Below, piece by piece: positions 49,315 through 59,091 of a stretch of DNA of 64,000 nt. The notes under the pieces are model-generated. The model worked only from the letters and a program-made list of their open reading frames with translations. It was not told the origin of the DNA and ran no database searches. The position numbers and the translations under genes were made by a program. The stretch is from a candidate division FCPU426 bacterium. Lineage in GTDB: Bacteria; Oederibacteriota; JAAXVQ01; JAUVAV01. Every line of letters begins with the position of its first letter. Positions within the stretch are counted from its first letter, which is position 1. The stretch spans positions 160,001-224,000 of the forward strand of contig JBFLYH010000001.1 of NCBI GenBank assembly GCA_040756875.1. The letters run 5' to 3'.

Positions 49315-50514
49315 TCACTGTTTGACGCCTTCGGCCGTGAACCGGCGGACGTGATCCACGAGGCCGGCGAGGTCCAAGCGCATGACGCCCACGCGTTCAT
49401 CGGCCGCGCCGTAGCTGATCAGCAATTCGCCGCCCAGGCGGATCAGGCCGGTGATGAAGATGCAAGGCGTTTTGAATTTGTGCGGCTGCTCCCAGGATTC
49501 CCGGGCGACCAGCAGGCGCTCGGAGCAGCGGTGGGTGATGCGGGGCGTGCTGTCCGGCACGTCCTCCAGGATCATGAAAGACTGGGTATAACCCACTTCC
49601 GCATCCTGTTTGCCATGGTAGCACAACAGCCATTCCCGGTCCGAGATCCTCAGCGGCGGCGTGCTGGCGCCGATGCGGTCACCTTCCCAAGGAAAGACCG
49701 GAGAAGCAAATACGGTCTGGTTTTCCTCCCGCCAGAAATGTTCAAACCGCTCCGCGCTGCAGAGCAGGATGGACGGTTTGAGCGGCCGGCCGACGGCCGG
49801 GTAGGCTTGGGGCGTGAAAGGCCGGTGCAGGCACACATAGCGGGTCTGCCCGCGGATTTGCATTTTTTCAGGGAACAGGACGACGTCCCGGTTTTCGCCG
49901 TATTCGGGATTGGTCAGATGGATGACATAACGGAACGCCCGCTCATACTCGCGCCGGGTCAATGCGTCGAGGTCCACTTCGTAGAGGACATTGTTGGTCA
50001 CGTTTTCCCGGGCGGCACGGCCGAACGGCTGGTCCGGAGCCAGGATCCATTCGGGACTGCATTGGACCGGATCGTCATGCTCCCAGTAGGGGCCAGGCGG
50101 CATCAGGCGGGTGGCTGCGATCAGGTAGCAGCGCCCTTCCAGCCAGAAAAGCCGGGGGTCTTCGATGCATCCGTTGGCATAATTGACCACCTGTTTGCCC
50201 TCGCGGTTGGTCAGGTATAGTTCTTCCTGGCGGTAAGACAAAGCAGGGGCAAGCGCGGGGCGTTCCCAGTCGATTTGCCAGGTGCGCCCCTGGTCGTCGC
50301 TGCCGGCAAAACCCAGAAAAATAGGGAAGGGCAGGGGCTTGCCCGGCAGGCGTTTTTGCGGATAAGGGCCGGTGGCCCGGAACAGCATGATCACGTTGCC
50401 GGTCTTGGGATCCTGCGCCAGGCCCGGATTCAACACCATTTCGCCGGCCCAGGCGGAACCGAGTTGGGGTTCCATGACCAGGGTTCGCGAGAGAATGAAA
50501 GGAAAATCGTTCAA
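49315..50514 (-). CDS. GH130-like five-bladed glycosidase/phosphorylase
   Basis: VLNPG, GCIEDPR, NRDVVLFP, LHRP, WEGDRIG, YHG, YGAAD; TTG start after GGAGG. Confidence 0.8.
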   Translation of the reverse strand: MNDFPFILSRTLVMEPQLGSAWAGEMVLNPGLAQDPKTGNVIMLFRATGPYPQKRLPGKPLPFPIFLGFAGSDDQGRTWQIDWERPALAPALSYRQEELYLTNREGKQVVNYANGCIEDPRLFWLEGRCYLIAATRLMPPGPYWEHDDPVQCSPEWILAPDQPFGRAARENVTNNVLYEVDLDALTRREYERAFRYVIHLTNPEYGENRDVVLFPEKMQIRGQTRYVCLHRPFTPQAYPAVGRPLKPSILLCSAERFEHFWREENQTVFASPVFPWEGDRIGASTPPLRISDREWLLCYHGKQDAEVGYTQSFMILEDVPDSTPRITHRCSERLLVARESWEQPHKFKTPCIFITGLIRLGGELLISYGAADERVGVMRLDLAGLVDHVRRFTAEGVKQ

Positions 50515-50617
50515 CCGCCGCCTCCCAGGAAAGAGAGTGAGCTTGCCGCAGGCAAGTCGCAACAGCTTAGGCCATTTGACCGCAACCGTCAAGCGCGGAT
50601 TTGGAAGGGCGCGGGGA

Positions 50618-50652
50618 TTGACAGAACCGCAGCGGTATTATAAAGTAATACC
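50618..50652 (+). promoter_or_regulatory. Promoter and operator of the RHH-znuACB operon
   Basis: TTGACA(50618)-17-TAAAGT(50641); perfect inverted repeat GGTATTA-N5-TAATACC (50634-50652) centred on the -10. Confidence 0.8.
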
Positions 50653-50680
50653 CATTCCGGGGCACTATGGGAGGCCGAAC

Positions 50681-50932
50681 ATGCGGGCGCCGAAGCAAGA
50701 GATTGTAACCTTCAAGCTGGACCGCCAGCTGCATCAGGACCTCTGCCGGATCCCCAACAAGTCCGAATTCATCCGTTCGGCCATCCAAACGGCGCTGTCC
50801 GGCACCTGCCCGTTGTGCCAGGGTTCGGGCAAACTGACCACCCACCAGCGCCGGCAATGGCGCGCTTTCACCCGGCAGCACGCAGTTCGCACCTGCAAGT
50901 CATGTCAGGCTCTGCACGTCAGACCGGATTGA
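50681..50932 (+). CDS. Small ribbon-helix-helix (CopG-like) regulator with Cys4/His metal-binding tail
   Basis: 83 aa from ATG after GGGAGG: EIVTFKLD strand, NKSEFIRSAI helix, CPLC...H...H...CKSC...H. Confidence 0.8.
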   Translation: MRAPKQEIVTFKLDRQLHQDLCRIPNKSEFIRSAIQTALSGTCPLCQGSGKLTTHQRRQWRAFTRQHAVRTCKSCQALHVRPD

Positions 50933-50942
50933 GCGCGCGTCC

Positions 50943-51866
50943 ATGAGAACCCTTGCGGTCCTGTGGCTGCTTGGTTGCCTGCTGGGAGGCCCGGCCCTCG
51001 CCGGAGCGAAAACGCTGCGGGTGGTCACCACCTTGTTTCCCTGGTTCGATTTTGCGCGAACCATCGGCCAGGACCAGGCGGAGGTCAGCCTGCTGCTGCC
51101 ACCGGGCGTGGAGGCCCATACCTATGCCCCCACGCCGCGGGATTTGGAGCGCATCGCACAGGCGGATGTGTTCATTTACTCCGGGCCGTCCATGGAACCG
51201 TGGGTGGAGGACCTGCTGGCCGGCTTGCAACTGAAACATACGCGGGTGGTCAATGTCAGCGAGGGGGTCAAAGCCGGCGCGTCCGCCGAACCGCACGCCG
51301 GGGGGATTGAACACTCCGGCCATGACAACGGACCTGATCCGCACTTCTGGCTCGACCCGCAACTGGCCAGCCAGGCAGTGACGGTGATCGAGCAAGCCCT
51401 GTCGGCCCAAGCGCCCGACCAGGCGAAAGTATTTCACCTTCATGCCGGGGCTTTACGCCGTGAGCTGGCGTCGCTTGATGCTGAAATCGCCCAGGGCTTG
51501 CAACAGTGCCGGAGCCGGGAACTGGTCAGCGCCGGACACAGCGCCTTCGCCTATTTCGCCCGGCGGTATCATCTGCACATGCATGCGGCATATCCCGGTT
51601 TCTCGCCCAATGCCGAACCGTCGCCCCGCGCCCTGGCCCATCTGGTTGAAGACATCCGCCGTCTGGGAGTTCGCACGATATTTTACGAGGAATTGATCGA
51701 ACCCCGCGTGGCCCGCGCCCTGGCCGCGGAGACTGGTGTGGCCATGCTGCCGTTGCACGGAGCCCACAACCTCTCGGCCGCAGACCGCGAACGCGGCCTG
51801 ACGTATCTGCAGCTCATGCGCGAAAACCTACGCCGCCTGAAACAAGGATTGGGGTGCGAACCATGA
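50943..51866 (+). CDS. znuA: Zn/Mn ABC transporter substrate-binding protein
   Basis: EAHTYAP, His-rich loop, DPHFWLDP, HSAFAYFA, IFYEE. Confidence 0.88.
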   Translation: MRTLAVLWLLGCLLGGPALAGAKTLRVVTTLFPWFDFARTIGQDQAEVSLLLPPGVEAHTYAPTPRDLERIAQADVFIYSGPSMEPWVEDLLAGLQLKHTRVVNVSEGVKAGASAEPHAGGIEHSGHDNGPDPHFWLDPQLASQAVTVIEQALSAQAPDQAKVFHLHAGALRRELASLDAEIAQGLQQCRSRELVSAGHSAFAYFARRYHLHMHAAYPGFSPNAEPSPRALAHLVEDIRRLGVRTIFYEELIEPRVARALAAETGVAMLPLHGAHNLSAADRERGLTYLQLMRENLRRLKQGLGCEP

Positions 51867-52624
51867 GCGTACGCCTGGACAACCTGGTGGTCCAGTACGG
51901 GTCCGTGTCTGTCCTGGACCACGTAAACCTGGAGATCCCGACGGGCGCTTATGTGGGCATCGTGGGGCCCAATGGGTCGGGCAAAACCACACTCATCAAA
52001 GCCATCCTGGGGTTGACGCCGAAAACCTCGGGCCGCATCGAATTGCTCGGCCGGCCGCTGGAGCAATTCGACCAGTGGCAGCGCGTGGGTTACCTCCCTC
52101 AATTCATGCCGCTGGCGCGCCAGGGATTCCCGATCCGGGTGCGGGAAGTTGTGGCCATGGGCAGGCTCGCCAACCGGCCTTTTCCGCGGCGTCTGCGACC
52201 GCCGGACCGCACGGCCGTTGCGGACATTTTGCGCGAGCTGAAAATCTCGGACTGGCAGCACCAGGAATTCGGCAGCCTGTCCGGCGGCCAGCGCCAGCGG
52301 GTGCTCCTGGCCCGCGCCCTCGTTTCCCACCCGGATTTGCTGATTCTCGACGAGCCGACCGCGGCGCTTGATCCAGAAACCCGGATCGTTTTTTACCGGA
52401 TTCTGGAGGACTTGAACCGGCGGCTCGGGACCACGATCCTCCTCATCACGCACGAAAGCGGCACCATCGGGCAATTTGCCCAGCGGCTGCTGTATCTGGA
52501 CCGCAAAGTCATCTTCTACGGCGGTTTCAAGGATTTTTGCCTGTCACGGGAAATGACGAATTACTTCGGGGATTTCGCCCAGCACATCATCTGCCACCAG
52601 CACCAGGAAGGACAGGGTTCCTAA
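51863..52624 (+). CDS. znuC: Metal ABC transporter ATPase
   Basis: [21 protein letters not shown]-terminal HIICHQH. Confidence 0.88.
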   Translation: MSVRLDNLVVQYGSVSVLDHVNLEIPTGAYVGIVGPNGSGKTTLIKAILGLTPKTSGRIELLGRPLEQFDQWQRVGYLPQFMPLARQGFPIRVREVVAMGRLANRPFPRRLRPPDRTAVADILRELKISDWQHQEFGSLSGGQRQRVLLARALVSHPDLLILDEPTAALDPETRIVFYRILEDLNRRLGTTILLITHESGTIGQFAQRLLYLDRKVIFYGGFKDFCLSREMTNYFGDFAQHIICHQHQEGQGS

Positions 52625-53430
52625 TGGCGGAATTTTGGCATTTGGGATTCATGCAAAGGGCGTTGATCGCCGGCGCGCTGATCGCCGTGGCGTGCTCTTT
52701 GCTCGGCGTGTTTCTGGTTTTGAGGCGGCTTTCGCTGATCGGCGAAGGACTGGCGCATTTCGCCTTTGGGACCATCGGGCTGGGGCTGCTCCTCAACATC
52801 TATCCCTTCCCTTTGACGCTGGTGCTGGTCGTGATCGCTTCCTGGGGAATCCTGTATCTGATGGACAAGACCAACGTTTATGCGGATGCGGCCATTGGCC
52901 TGGTTTCGGCGCTGGGAGTGGCTTTGGGGGTGATCCTGGCCAGCAAGGGCCGCGGATTCAACGTGGATTTGTTCAGCTATCTTTTTGGAGACATTCTGGC
53001 CGTGACGCCCGGCGAGGCCTGGATCGCGGGCGGCCTGTCCCTGGCCGTCACCGCCACGGTGGCCCTGTTTTATCATGACCTGTTGGCCGTGACGTTTGAC
53101 GAGGAGTTTGCGCGCACCCAGGGGCTTTCGGTCCGTCGCCTGAATCAGTTCCTGGTCACGCTGACCGCCCTGACGATCGCCCTGGGCATCCGGGTGGTGG
53201 GCACCCTGCTGGTGGCCAGCCTGATGATTTTTCCGGCTGTGACCGCCCTGCAGCTGGCGAGGGGCTTCAAGGCCGTGCTTCTGGCTGCCGCGGGCACGGC
53301 GCTGGTTTCCGTGGCCGCGGGCATCCTGTTGTCTTATGTGCTGGATTTGCCGGCCGGCGCCAGCATCGTGCTGGCCAATTTCGTCCTGTTTTTGGGCGCC
53401 GCGTCCTGGCGCCTGATCGCGCGCCGCTGA
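52624..53430 (+). CDS. znuB: Metal ABC transporter permease
   Basis: FMQRAL, GEGLAH, SYLFGDIL, FDEEFA, VVGTLLV. Confidence 0.88.
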   Translation: MAEFWHLGFMQRALIAGALIAVACSLLGVFLVLRRLSLIGEGLAHFAFGTIGLGLLLNIYPFPLTLVLVVIASWGILYLMDKTNVYADAAIGLVSALGVALGVILASKGRGFNVDLFSYLFGDILAVTPGEAWIAGGLSLAVTATVALFYHDLLAVTFDEEFARTQGLSVRRLNQFLVTLTALTIALGIRVVGTLLVASLMIFPAVTALQLARGFKAVLLAAAGTALVSVAAGILLSYVLDLPAGASIVLANFVLFLGAASWRLIARR

Positions 53431-53434
53431 ACCT

Positions 53435-53764
53435 TCACCATTTCTTAAAAATGAAAAACACAGCCGAAACGATCAGCGAAAAACCCACCAGGTAATTCCA
53501 CTTCAGCTCTTCCTTCAAGTAAAACAATGAAAAGGCGCAAAAAACAACCAGCGTGATGACTTCCTGGATGGTTTTAAGCTGCGCCGCGGTGAATTGTCCG
53601 TGACCGATGCGGTTGGCAGGCACCATGAAACAGTATTCGAGAAATGCGATCAACCAGCTGACCACGATAACGAGCGGCAGAGGCGAGTCTTTGTACTTCA
53701 AATGTCCATACCAGGCGAAGGTCATGAAAATATTAGAAATGCTCAACAGCACAATGGTTTGCAT
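53435..53764 (-). CDS. DMT-superfamily small membrane protein (DUF486)
   Basis: SNIFMTFAWYGHLK, EYCFMVPANRIG, QLKTIQEVITL. Confidence 0.9.
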   Translation of the reverse strand: MQTIVLLSISNIFMTFAWYGHLKYKDSPLPLVIVVSWLIAFLEYCFMVPANRIGHGQFTAAQLKTIQEVITLVVFCAFSLFYLKEELKWNYLVGFSLIVSAVFFIFKKW

Positions 53765-53884
53765 CTGGACCTCGTTTGCAGACGTGGTGACTGGGATGGG
53801 AAGAAATGGCCAATACCTTAACGGGGGAAAGGCGGAATGGCAATCGTTATTTGAAAAAAATATCGGAAGGGCCGGAAGTTGGGA

Positions 53885-53913
53885 TTGACGCCCGCGAACC
53901 CGATCCGTATAAT
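53885..53913 (+). promoter_or_regulatory. Sigma70 promoter of DUF47-pit
   Basis: TTGACG-17-TATAAT. Confidence 0.75.
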
Positions 53914-53985
53914 GAGCCGCCGTTTATTGATGTAATGCTTGAGATGTATTCAAGTCCAGCCGAATGACCGTACGTTGGAGGCCGC

Positions 53986-54618
53986 ATGCTTTCGAGACTT
54001 TTCCCCAAAGAGACCCAGTTTGCCAAACACATGTTGTGTTTCGCCGATCACATCGAACAGGCGGCGGAGCGTTTCAGCGGTTTTATCCGCCAGTTCGATC
54101 CCGCCCACCTCGACGCCTGGGTGGAGTCGATCAAGGAACTGGAACACGCCTGCGATCTGAACACCCATCAAACCATGAATTGGCTGGAAAGCACCTTCAT
54201 CGTCAACTACGACCGGGAGGACATTTTGCGGCTGGCCGGGGACCTGGACGACATTCTGGATTTTATGGACGCGGCGGCTACCCGGATATCCCTGTACAAC
54301 TTCAAATCGTTCATCCCCGACATCATCCAGATGGCGGAAGTCCTCAACCAGGCCTGCAAGGAAACGGCCAAGGCGGTCCGCGCCATTGCGAGCCCCAAAC
54401 TGAACCGCAATGTCCTGGAAATTTGCCGGAACATCAAGAATTTCGAGGAACAGGGTGATGATATCTACCACCACGGCCTGGCCTCTTTATTCCGCGGCGG
54501 GATGGAACCGCTGGATGTCATCAAATTCAAGGAGATCATCGAGGAGATCGAACGGTCCCTCGACAAGTGCAACCAGACGGCCATGAACGTTGAATCCCTC
54601 ATTTTTAAATATGCCTAG
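53986..54618 (+). CDS. DUF47 (PhoU-like) Pit accessory protein
   Basis: LEHACD, DREDI, DDILD, EEQGDD. Confidence 0.9.
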   Translation: MLSRLFPKETQFAKHMLCFADHIEQAAERFSGFIRQFDPAHLDAWVESIKELEHACDLNTHQTMNWLESTFIVNYDREDILRLAGDLDDILDFMDAAATRISLYNFKSFIPDIIQMAEVLNQACKETAKAVRAIASPKLNRNVLEICRNIKNFEEQGDDIYHHGLASLFRGGMEPLDVIKFKEIIEEIERSLDKCNQTAMNVESLIFKYA

Positions 54619-54621
54619 CCT

Positions 54622-55659
54622 ATGACCGAATCCCTGCTGAATCTGCCGGTTTTTTTCTGGGTGGTTATTTTCGCCGCCTTGGCGTTCGATTTCGCCAACG
54701 GCTGGAATGACACGGCCAACGCCGTGGCCACGGTTATTTCCACCCGGGTTTTACGGCCAGGAGCAGCCATCATACTTTCGGCTGTATTGAATTTTATCGG
54801 AGCCTTGCTGTCCACCAAGGTAGCCAAAACCATCGGCGGCGGAATCATCAATCCGGCTGCAGTGCAAAACATTTCCGGCTCCTACGTCATCCTGGCGGCT
54901 ATGCTGGGCGCAGTGGCCTGGGTGGCCATTACCACCATAAAAGGGTTGCCGATCTCCGGGTCGCATTCGCTGATCGGCGGGCTGATCGGCGCGGCGGTGG
55001 CCTTCTTCGGCTGGAAGGTCGTGGTGGTGGGCGGGATCATCAAAGTACTGGTAGCCATGCTCCTCTCGCCGGTCTTGGGTATGTTGCTGGGATTTATCGT
55101 GCTTAAACTGTCTTATAGGGTGGCCTCCTGGATGCGGCCGAACCGGGTCCAACGCGTTTTTTCGTGGATTCAAATTGGAACCGCATCGGCTATGTCGTTG
55201 ATGCATGGCCAAAATGACGCGCAGAAAGTCATGGGTGTGATCACGTTGTTGCTTTTTACCGGCGGATATTTCGGCGCCGCAGAGTTCAGCCAGGTGCAGG
55301 TGCCGATCTGGGTTATGCTGGCTTGCGGAATGGCTATGGCCCTGGGGACCGCCACCGGCGGGAAACCGGTGATTAAAACCCTGGGCAGCCGCTTGTCCCA
55401 TTTGCGGCCCATAGAAGGCGCGGCCGCCGAATCCGCGGCTTCCATTGTTCTGGAAGCCGCGGCTTCGCTCGGCGTGCCGGTATCGACCACACATACCATC
55501 ACCGGCAGTATCGTGGGCGTGGGCACGGCCAAACGCATGAAAGCGGTCAAGTGGGCCACGGGTTTCAAGATCGTCTATGCCTGGATCTTCACCCTGCCCA
55601 TCACCGCACTCGCAGCCGCCGGCTTCGCCTGGCTGATCCGTCTATTGCTGCCGCACTGA
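54622..55659 (+). CDS. pit: Inorganic phosphate transporter (PiT family)
   Basis: NGWNDTANAVAT, PISGSH, HGQNDAQK, PVSTTH. Confidence 0.93.
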   Translation: MTESLLNLPVFFWVVIFAALAFDFANGWNDTANAVATVISTRVLRPGAAIILSAVLNFIGALLSTKVAKTIGGGIINPAAVQNISGSYVILAAMLGAVAWVAITTIKGLPISGSHSLIGGLIGAAVAFFGWKVVVVGGIIKVLVAMLLSPVLGMLLGFIVLKLSYRVASWMRPNRVQRVFSWIQIGTASAMSLMHGQNDAQKVMGVITLLLFTGGYFGAAEFSQVQVPIWVMLACGMAMALGTATGGKPVIKTLGSRLSHLRPIEGAAAESAASIVLEAAASLGVPVSTTHTITGSIVGVGTAKRMKAVKWATGFKIVYAWIFTLPITALAAAGFAWLIRLLLPH

Positions 55660-55783
55660 AATCCCGCCTTCCCTCCGGAGGCGGGCCACCTCCCGGCCTT
55701 GCCGTACTTTTGCCTTGTTCTCGCCTCGCAACCCCATTACAATACTGACACGGATCGCCGAGGATCACGATAGGAAACGTCCT

Positions 55784-55915
55784 GGGTCCGGAGAAACGCT
55801 CCGGAGGGGTAAAGCAGATGGTCGGGCCGCCATCTAACAGGGTGCTGAGAAACCCAATATAAATTCCGCTGGCACCCTGTTACCCCAAGAAAAACCTCTG
55901 GCTTTTCTTGGGGTA
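55784..55915 (+). ncRNA. Structured leader RNA; candidate nhaA-I-type (Li+/Na+) riboswitch plus expression platform
   Basis: Promoter TTGTTC-17-TACAAT (55715-55743); GGG-[TCCGGAG/CTCCGGA]-GGGGTAAAGC-[AGATGG-TCGGGCCG-CCATCT]; then 11-bp and 13-bp perfect stems. Family assignment is from memory of the motif, not from a search. Confidence 0.55.
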
Positions 55916-55994
55916 TTCCAGGCAATGCCAGCGACTATAGTCATCAGCCTGCTAAAACGCCGTTCTGGGCAGTTGGGTTATTTCGGGGGGTGCC

Positions 55995-57581
55995 ATGGCC
56001 AAAAATCTTTTCGAACGCTCCTGGCAGACGATCAAGGACTCGCTGACGCGCGCCGCAGAACGGGCCGAACGGCTGCGGGAACTGCAACATGCGGCCGACC
56101 GCGAATCGCTGACCGATCTCGTCAACCGCAAACTCAAGGGACGGCAGCTGATCCTGGCCTCCCACCGCGAACCTTATGTCCACATTTTGTCGGACGGAAA
56201 AGTTTCCTGGTACCGCTATGCCGGCGGGCTGACAATCGCCCTGGATTCCATGGCTGCGGCCTGCCAGGCGGTCTGGGTCTGCTGCGGGAGCGGCGAAACG
56301 GACTTCGCCGTGGCGGATGCCAAGGGTCTGGTCGCGGTCCCGCCCAACCGCCCGGCTTACCAGCTGCGGCGCCTGCTTCTTACCCCTGACGAGGAAAAAG
56401 GCTATTACGAGGGTTTTGCCAACGAAACCCTGTGGCCGCTGTGCCACGTGTGCTATATCCGCCCCCGGTTCGCGCCGGAAACCTGGCAGACCTATCAGGC
56501 CGTCAACCGCAAGTTCGCGGACGCCATCCTGGACATGGCCACGCCCGGCAGCATCGTGTTTCTGCAAGATTATCATTTGTGCCTGGTCCCTAAGTACCTG
56601 AAGGAAGCCCGCCCGGACCTGACCACGATCATGTTCTGGCACATTCCCTGGCCCAACCCGGAAATTTTCCGGATCTGCCCCTGGAAACGGGAAATTCTGG
56701 AGGGCTTGCTGGCCAATGATATTCTCGGGTTCCACGTGCAATACCACGCCGCCAATTTCATGGAAACCGTGGGACTGGAACTGGAAGCCCGGCTGGACTG
56801 GGAAAAGACGCAGATCATCCGCAACGAGTCCCAGACCAAGATCAGAGCATATCCCATTTCCATTGACTTTCAATCCATCTATCAGCAGGCGGATGCCCGC
56901 ACCACCACCCAGGCATGCCAACAGCTCGGCGCGTCGCTGGGACTGGAAGGGAAGAAGGTGCTGCTCGGCGTGGACCGCTTGGATTACACCAAGGGCATTC
57001 CCGAACGCCTCGACGCCCTGGACCGGCTGCTGGAAAACTATCCGGAGTACCGCGGCGCCATCGTGATGATCCAGATCGGCGTGCCCAGCCGCGCCAATCT
57101 GGAGGATTACCAGCAGGTGGTGCAGAAGATCGAATCCCGCTGCGACGAAATCAACGCCAAGTACGGTCAGGCGGGATGGAAACCGGTGATTTTTCAAAAA
57201 GGCCACCATGACTTCGACACCCTGATCCCGTTTTACAAACTGGCGGACGTCTGCATCGTGAGCTCGCTGCACGACGGGATGAACCTGGTGGCCAAGGAGT
57301 TTGTGGCCGCTTCCAGCAACGACCGCGGCGTGCTGCTGCTTTCCCGGTTCACGGGCGCCTCGCGGGAACTGGAACAGGCGCTCTTGATCAACCCCTATGA
57401 TCTGGAAAACTTCACGGCCGCGTTGCATCAGGCCCTGCAGATGCCGGTGGAGGAGCAAAAGCAGCGGTTGGGGCGCATGCGCCAGACTGTAGCCGAGCAG
57501 AATGTCTATCAATGGGCCCAGTTATTGTTCCAGGACGTCGTCAAGCTGGCCGAAGACACGGCCGTGACGGCCAAAGCCTAG
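55995..57581 (+). CDS. otsA: Trehalose-6-phosphate synthase
   Basis: AGGL, YYEGFANETLWPLCH, QDYH, FWHIPWP, VDRLDYTKGI, DGMNLVAKE. Confidence 0.95.
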   Translation: MAKNLFERSWQTIKDSLTRAAERAERLRELQHAADRESLTDLVNRKLKGRQLILASHREPYVHILSDGKVSWYRYAGGLTIALDSMAAACQAVWVCCGSGETDFAVADAKGLVAVPPNRPAYQLRRLLLTPDEEKGYYEGFANETLWPLCHVCYIRPRFAPETWQTYQAVNRKFADAILDMATPGSIVFLQDYHLCLVPKYLKEARPDLTTIMFWHIPWPNPEIFRICPWKREILEGLLANDILGFHVQYHAANFMETVGLELEARLDWEKTQIIRNESQTKIRAYPISIDFQSIYQQADARTTTQACQQLGASLGLEGKKVLLGVDRLDYTKGIPERLDALDRLLENYPEYRGAIVMIQIGVPSRANLEDYQQVVQKIESRCDEINAKYGQAGWKPVIFQKGHHDFDTLIPFYKLADVCIVSSLHDGMNLVAKEFVAASSNDRGVLLLSRFTGASRELEQALLINPYDLENFTAALHQALQMPVEEQKQRLGRMRQTVAEQNVYQWAQLLFQDVVKLAEDTAVTAKA

Positions 57582-57592
57582 GGGCCGGCCGC

Positions 57593-58408
57593 ATGGCGCG
57601 CTGGTTTTTTACCTCCGTTGCAGGCCGCAAGCCGGCTCGGGACCTGGCAGCCTGGCAGGCGGCGCGGCCGCGGCTGCTGCTGCTGGATTTCGACGGCACG
57701 CTTTCGCCGATCGTCGCCTCGCCCGGCCGCGCACGGCTGGCGCCGGGCATGCGCCAGGTGCTGTCCTCCCTCGGCCGTTCGCAGGGCACGGCCGTCGCTC
57801 TTCTGAGCGGCCGCTCGCTGCCGGATCTCAAGCAACGGGTGGGCGTGCCCGGCCTCTATTACCTCGGCAATCACGGCGCCAGCGGCTACGGCGCGCCGGC
57901 TGTTTCACCCGCCAGGAGGGAACGGTCACGCCGGCTGGCTGCGGCACTGCGCCCCCTCCTGCGCCGCTGGCCCGGCGCCTTGCTGGAATCCAAAGGACTG
58001 GATCTGAGCCTGCATTACCGGCAGGTGGCGCCCAAACGGGTGGCCGGCCTGCTGACCGCGGCACGCGCCGCAGCGGCCGGCCACCCGTTTGATTTGCGCG
58101 ACGGCAAGAAAGTCCTCGAATTCCGCCTGCCCGGTGCGAGGGGCAAGGGCGACGCCGCCAACCGCCTGGCGCGGTCCCTGGCGCGCGGCTGGCGGCGCAC
58201 GGGCCTATGCCTGTGCCTGGGCGACGATGCCACCGACGAGGACGCCTTCGCCGCCATAAAACGCCTGGGCCCCCGGGCGCACAGTTTCAAAGTGGGCACC
58301 GGCCCGACTGTTGCGGACTACCGTCTGCGCGATGTCGGGGAAGTGGGCCGCCTTTTGCGGGCTTTGGCCGGTCCCGTGCAATCCACCACAGGCAGGAGGA
58401 CGCGATGA
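57593..58408 (+). CDS. otsB: Trehalose-6-phosphate phosphatase
   Basis: LDFDGTL, SGR, GNHG, LHYR, GKKVLE, GDDATDEDAF. Confidence 0.93.
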   Translation: MARWFFTSVAGRKPARDLAAWQAARPRLLLLDFDGTLSPIVASPGRARLAPGMRQVLSSLGRSQGTAVALLSGRSLPDLKQRVGVPGLYYLGNHGASGYGAPAVSPARRERSRRLAAALRPLLRRWPGALLESKGLDLSLHYRQVAPKRVAGLLTAARAAAAGHPFDLRDGKKVLEFRLPGARGKGDAANRLARSLARGWRRTGLCLCLGDDATDEDAFAAIKRLGPRAHSFKVGTGPTVADYRLRDVGEVGRLLRALAGPVQSTTGRRTR

Positions 58409-59091
58409 ACAACCTGGATATTTTCTGGCTGAAACCCTGGATGACGTTCATGAACGACGCGACCGCGTTTGCGCCAAAGATCGTGGCCGCGGTGCTGGTG
58501 CTGCTGGCCGGGCTTTTTTTCGGCTGGCTGGTCAGGAGCCTGGCGCACCTGCTGTTCCGCTGGATCAAGCTCGACCAGAAGGCAGGGGAGATCTGGCTGT
58601 TCCGGCTGTGGTCGCGGAGCACCCACGGGCATCTCTTGTCCGATTCCGGCGCCAACTTTTTCTTCTACGCGGTGATGTACGCGGCCATCCTGCTCGCCGT
58701 CAGGTTCCTGGGGGTGGGCGATACCGTGCTGCGCGCGCTGCTGGATCTCGTGCCCCGGGTTTTCGGGTTCATCCTGATCCTGCTGCTGGGCGCGCTGATC
58801 GCGATGTTCCTGTCCATCCTGACCCAGCTTTTCCTGGCCACGACCCGGCTGCAACATCCGAACTTCTGGGGCAAGGTGATCGCCTGGAGCGTTTTCGGCG
58901 TGACTATGATTTACTCTCTGGAGCAGCTGGGCCTGGCCGGCCGGTTCCTTACGCTGGCGGTGTTCCTGGTCCTGGGCACGGCCGGCCTGGCCGGCGCCCT
59001 GGCCTTCGGACTGGGCTGCAAGGACCTGGCGCGCGAGTTTTTGATCGAGTTGCTCAAAGAGGAGCATGGAAAAAACGGAACCCAAGAGTGA
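58405..59091 (+). CDS. MscS-related TM-helix (CmpX-like) membrane protein
   Basis: PKIVAAVLVLLAG, LEQLG, ALAFGLGCKDLARE; AGGAGG RBS. Confidence 0.75.
   Translation: MNNLDIFWLKPWMTFMNDATAFAPKIVAAVLVLLAGLFFGWLVRSLAHLLFRWIKLDQKAGEIWLFRLWSRSTHGHLLSDSGANFFFYAVMYAAILLAVRFLGVGDTVLRALLDLVPRVFGFILILLLGALIAMFLSILTQLFLATTRLQHPNFWGKVIAWSVFGVTMIYSLEQLGLAGRFLTLAVFLVLGTAGLAGALAFGLGCKDLAREFLIELLKEEHGKNGTQE

Noticed and set aside
19153-50652. One regulator for the three GTAAT-containing palindromes (19153, 46252, 50634)
   Set aside because: Spacers and flanks differ and the downstream functions are unrelated.
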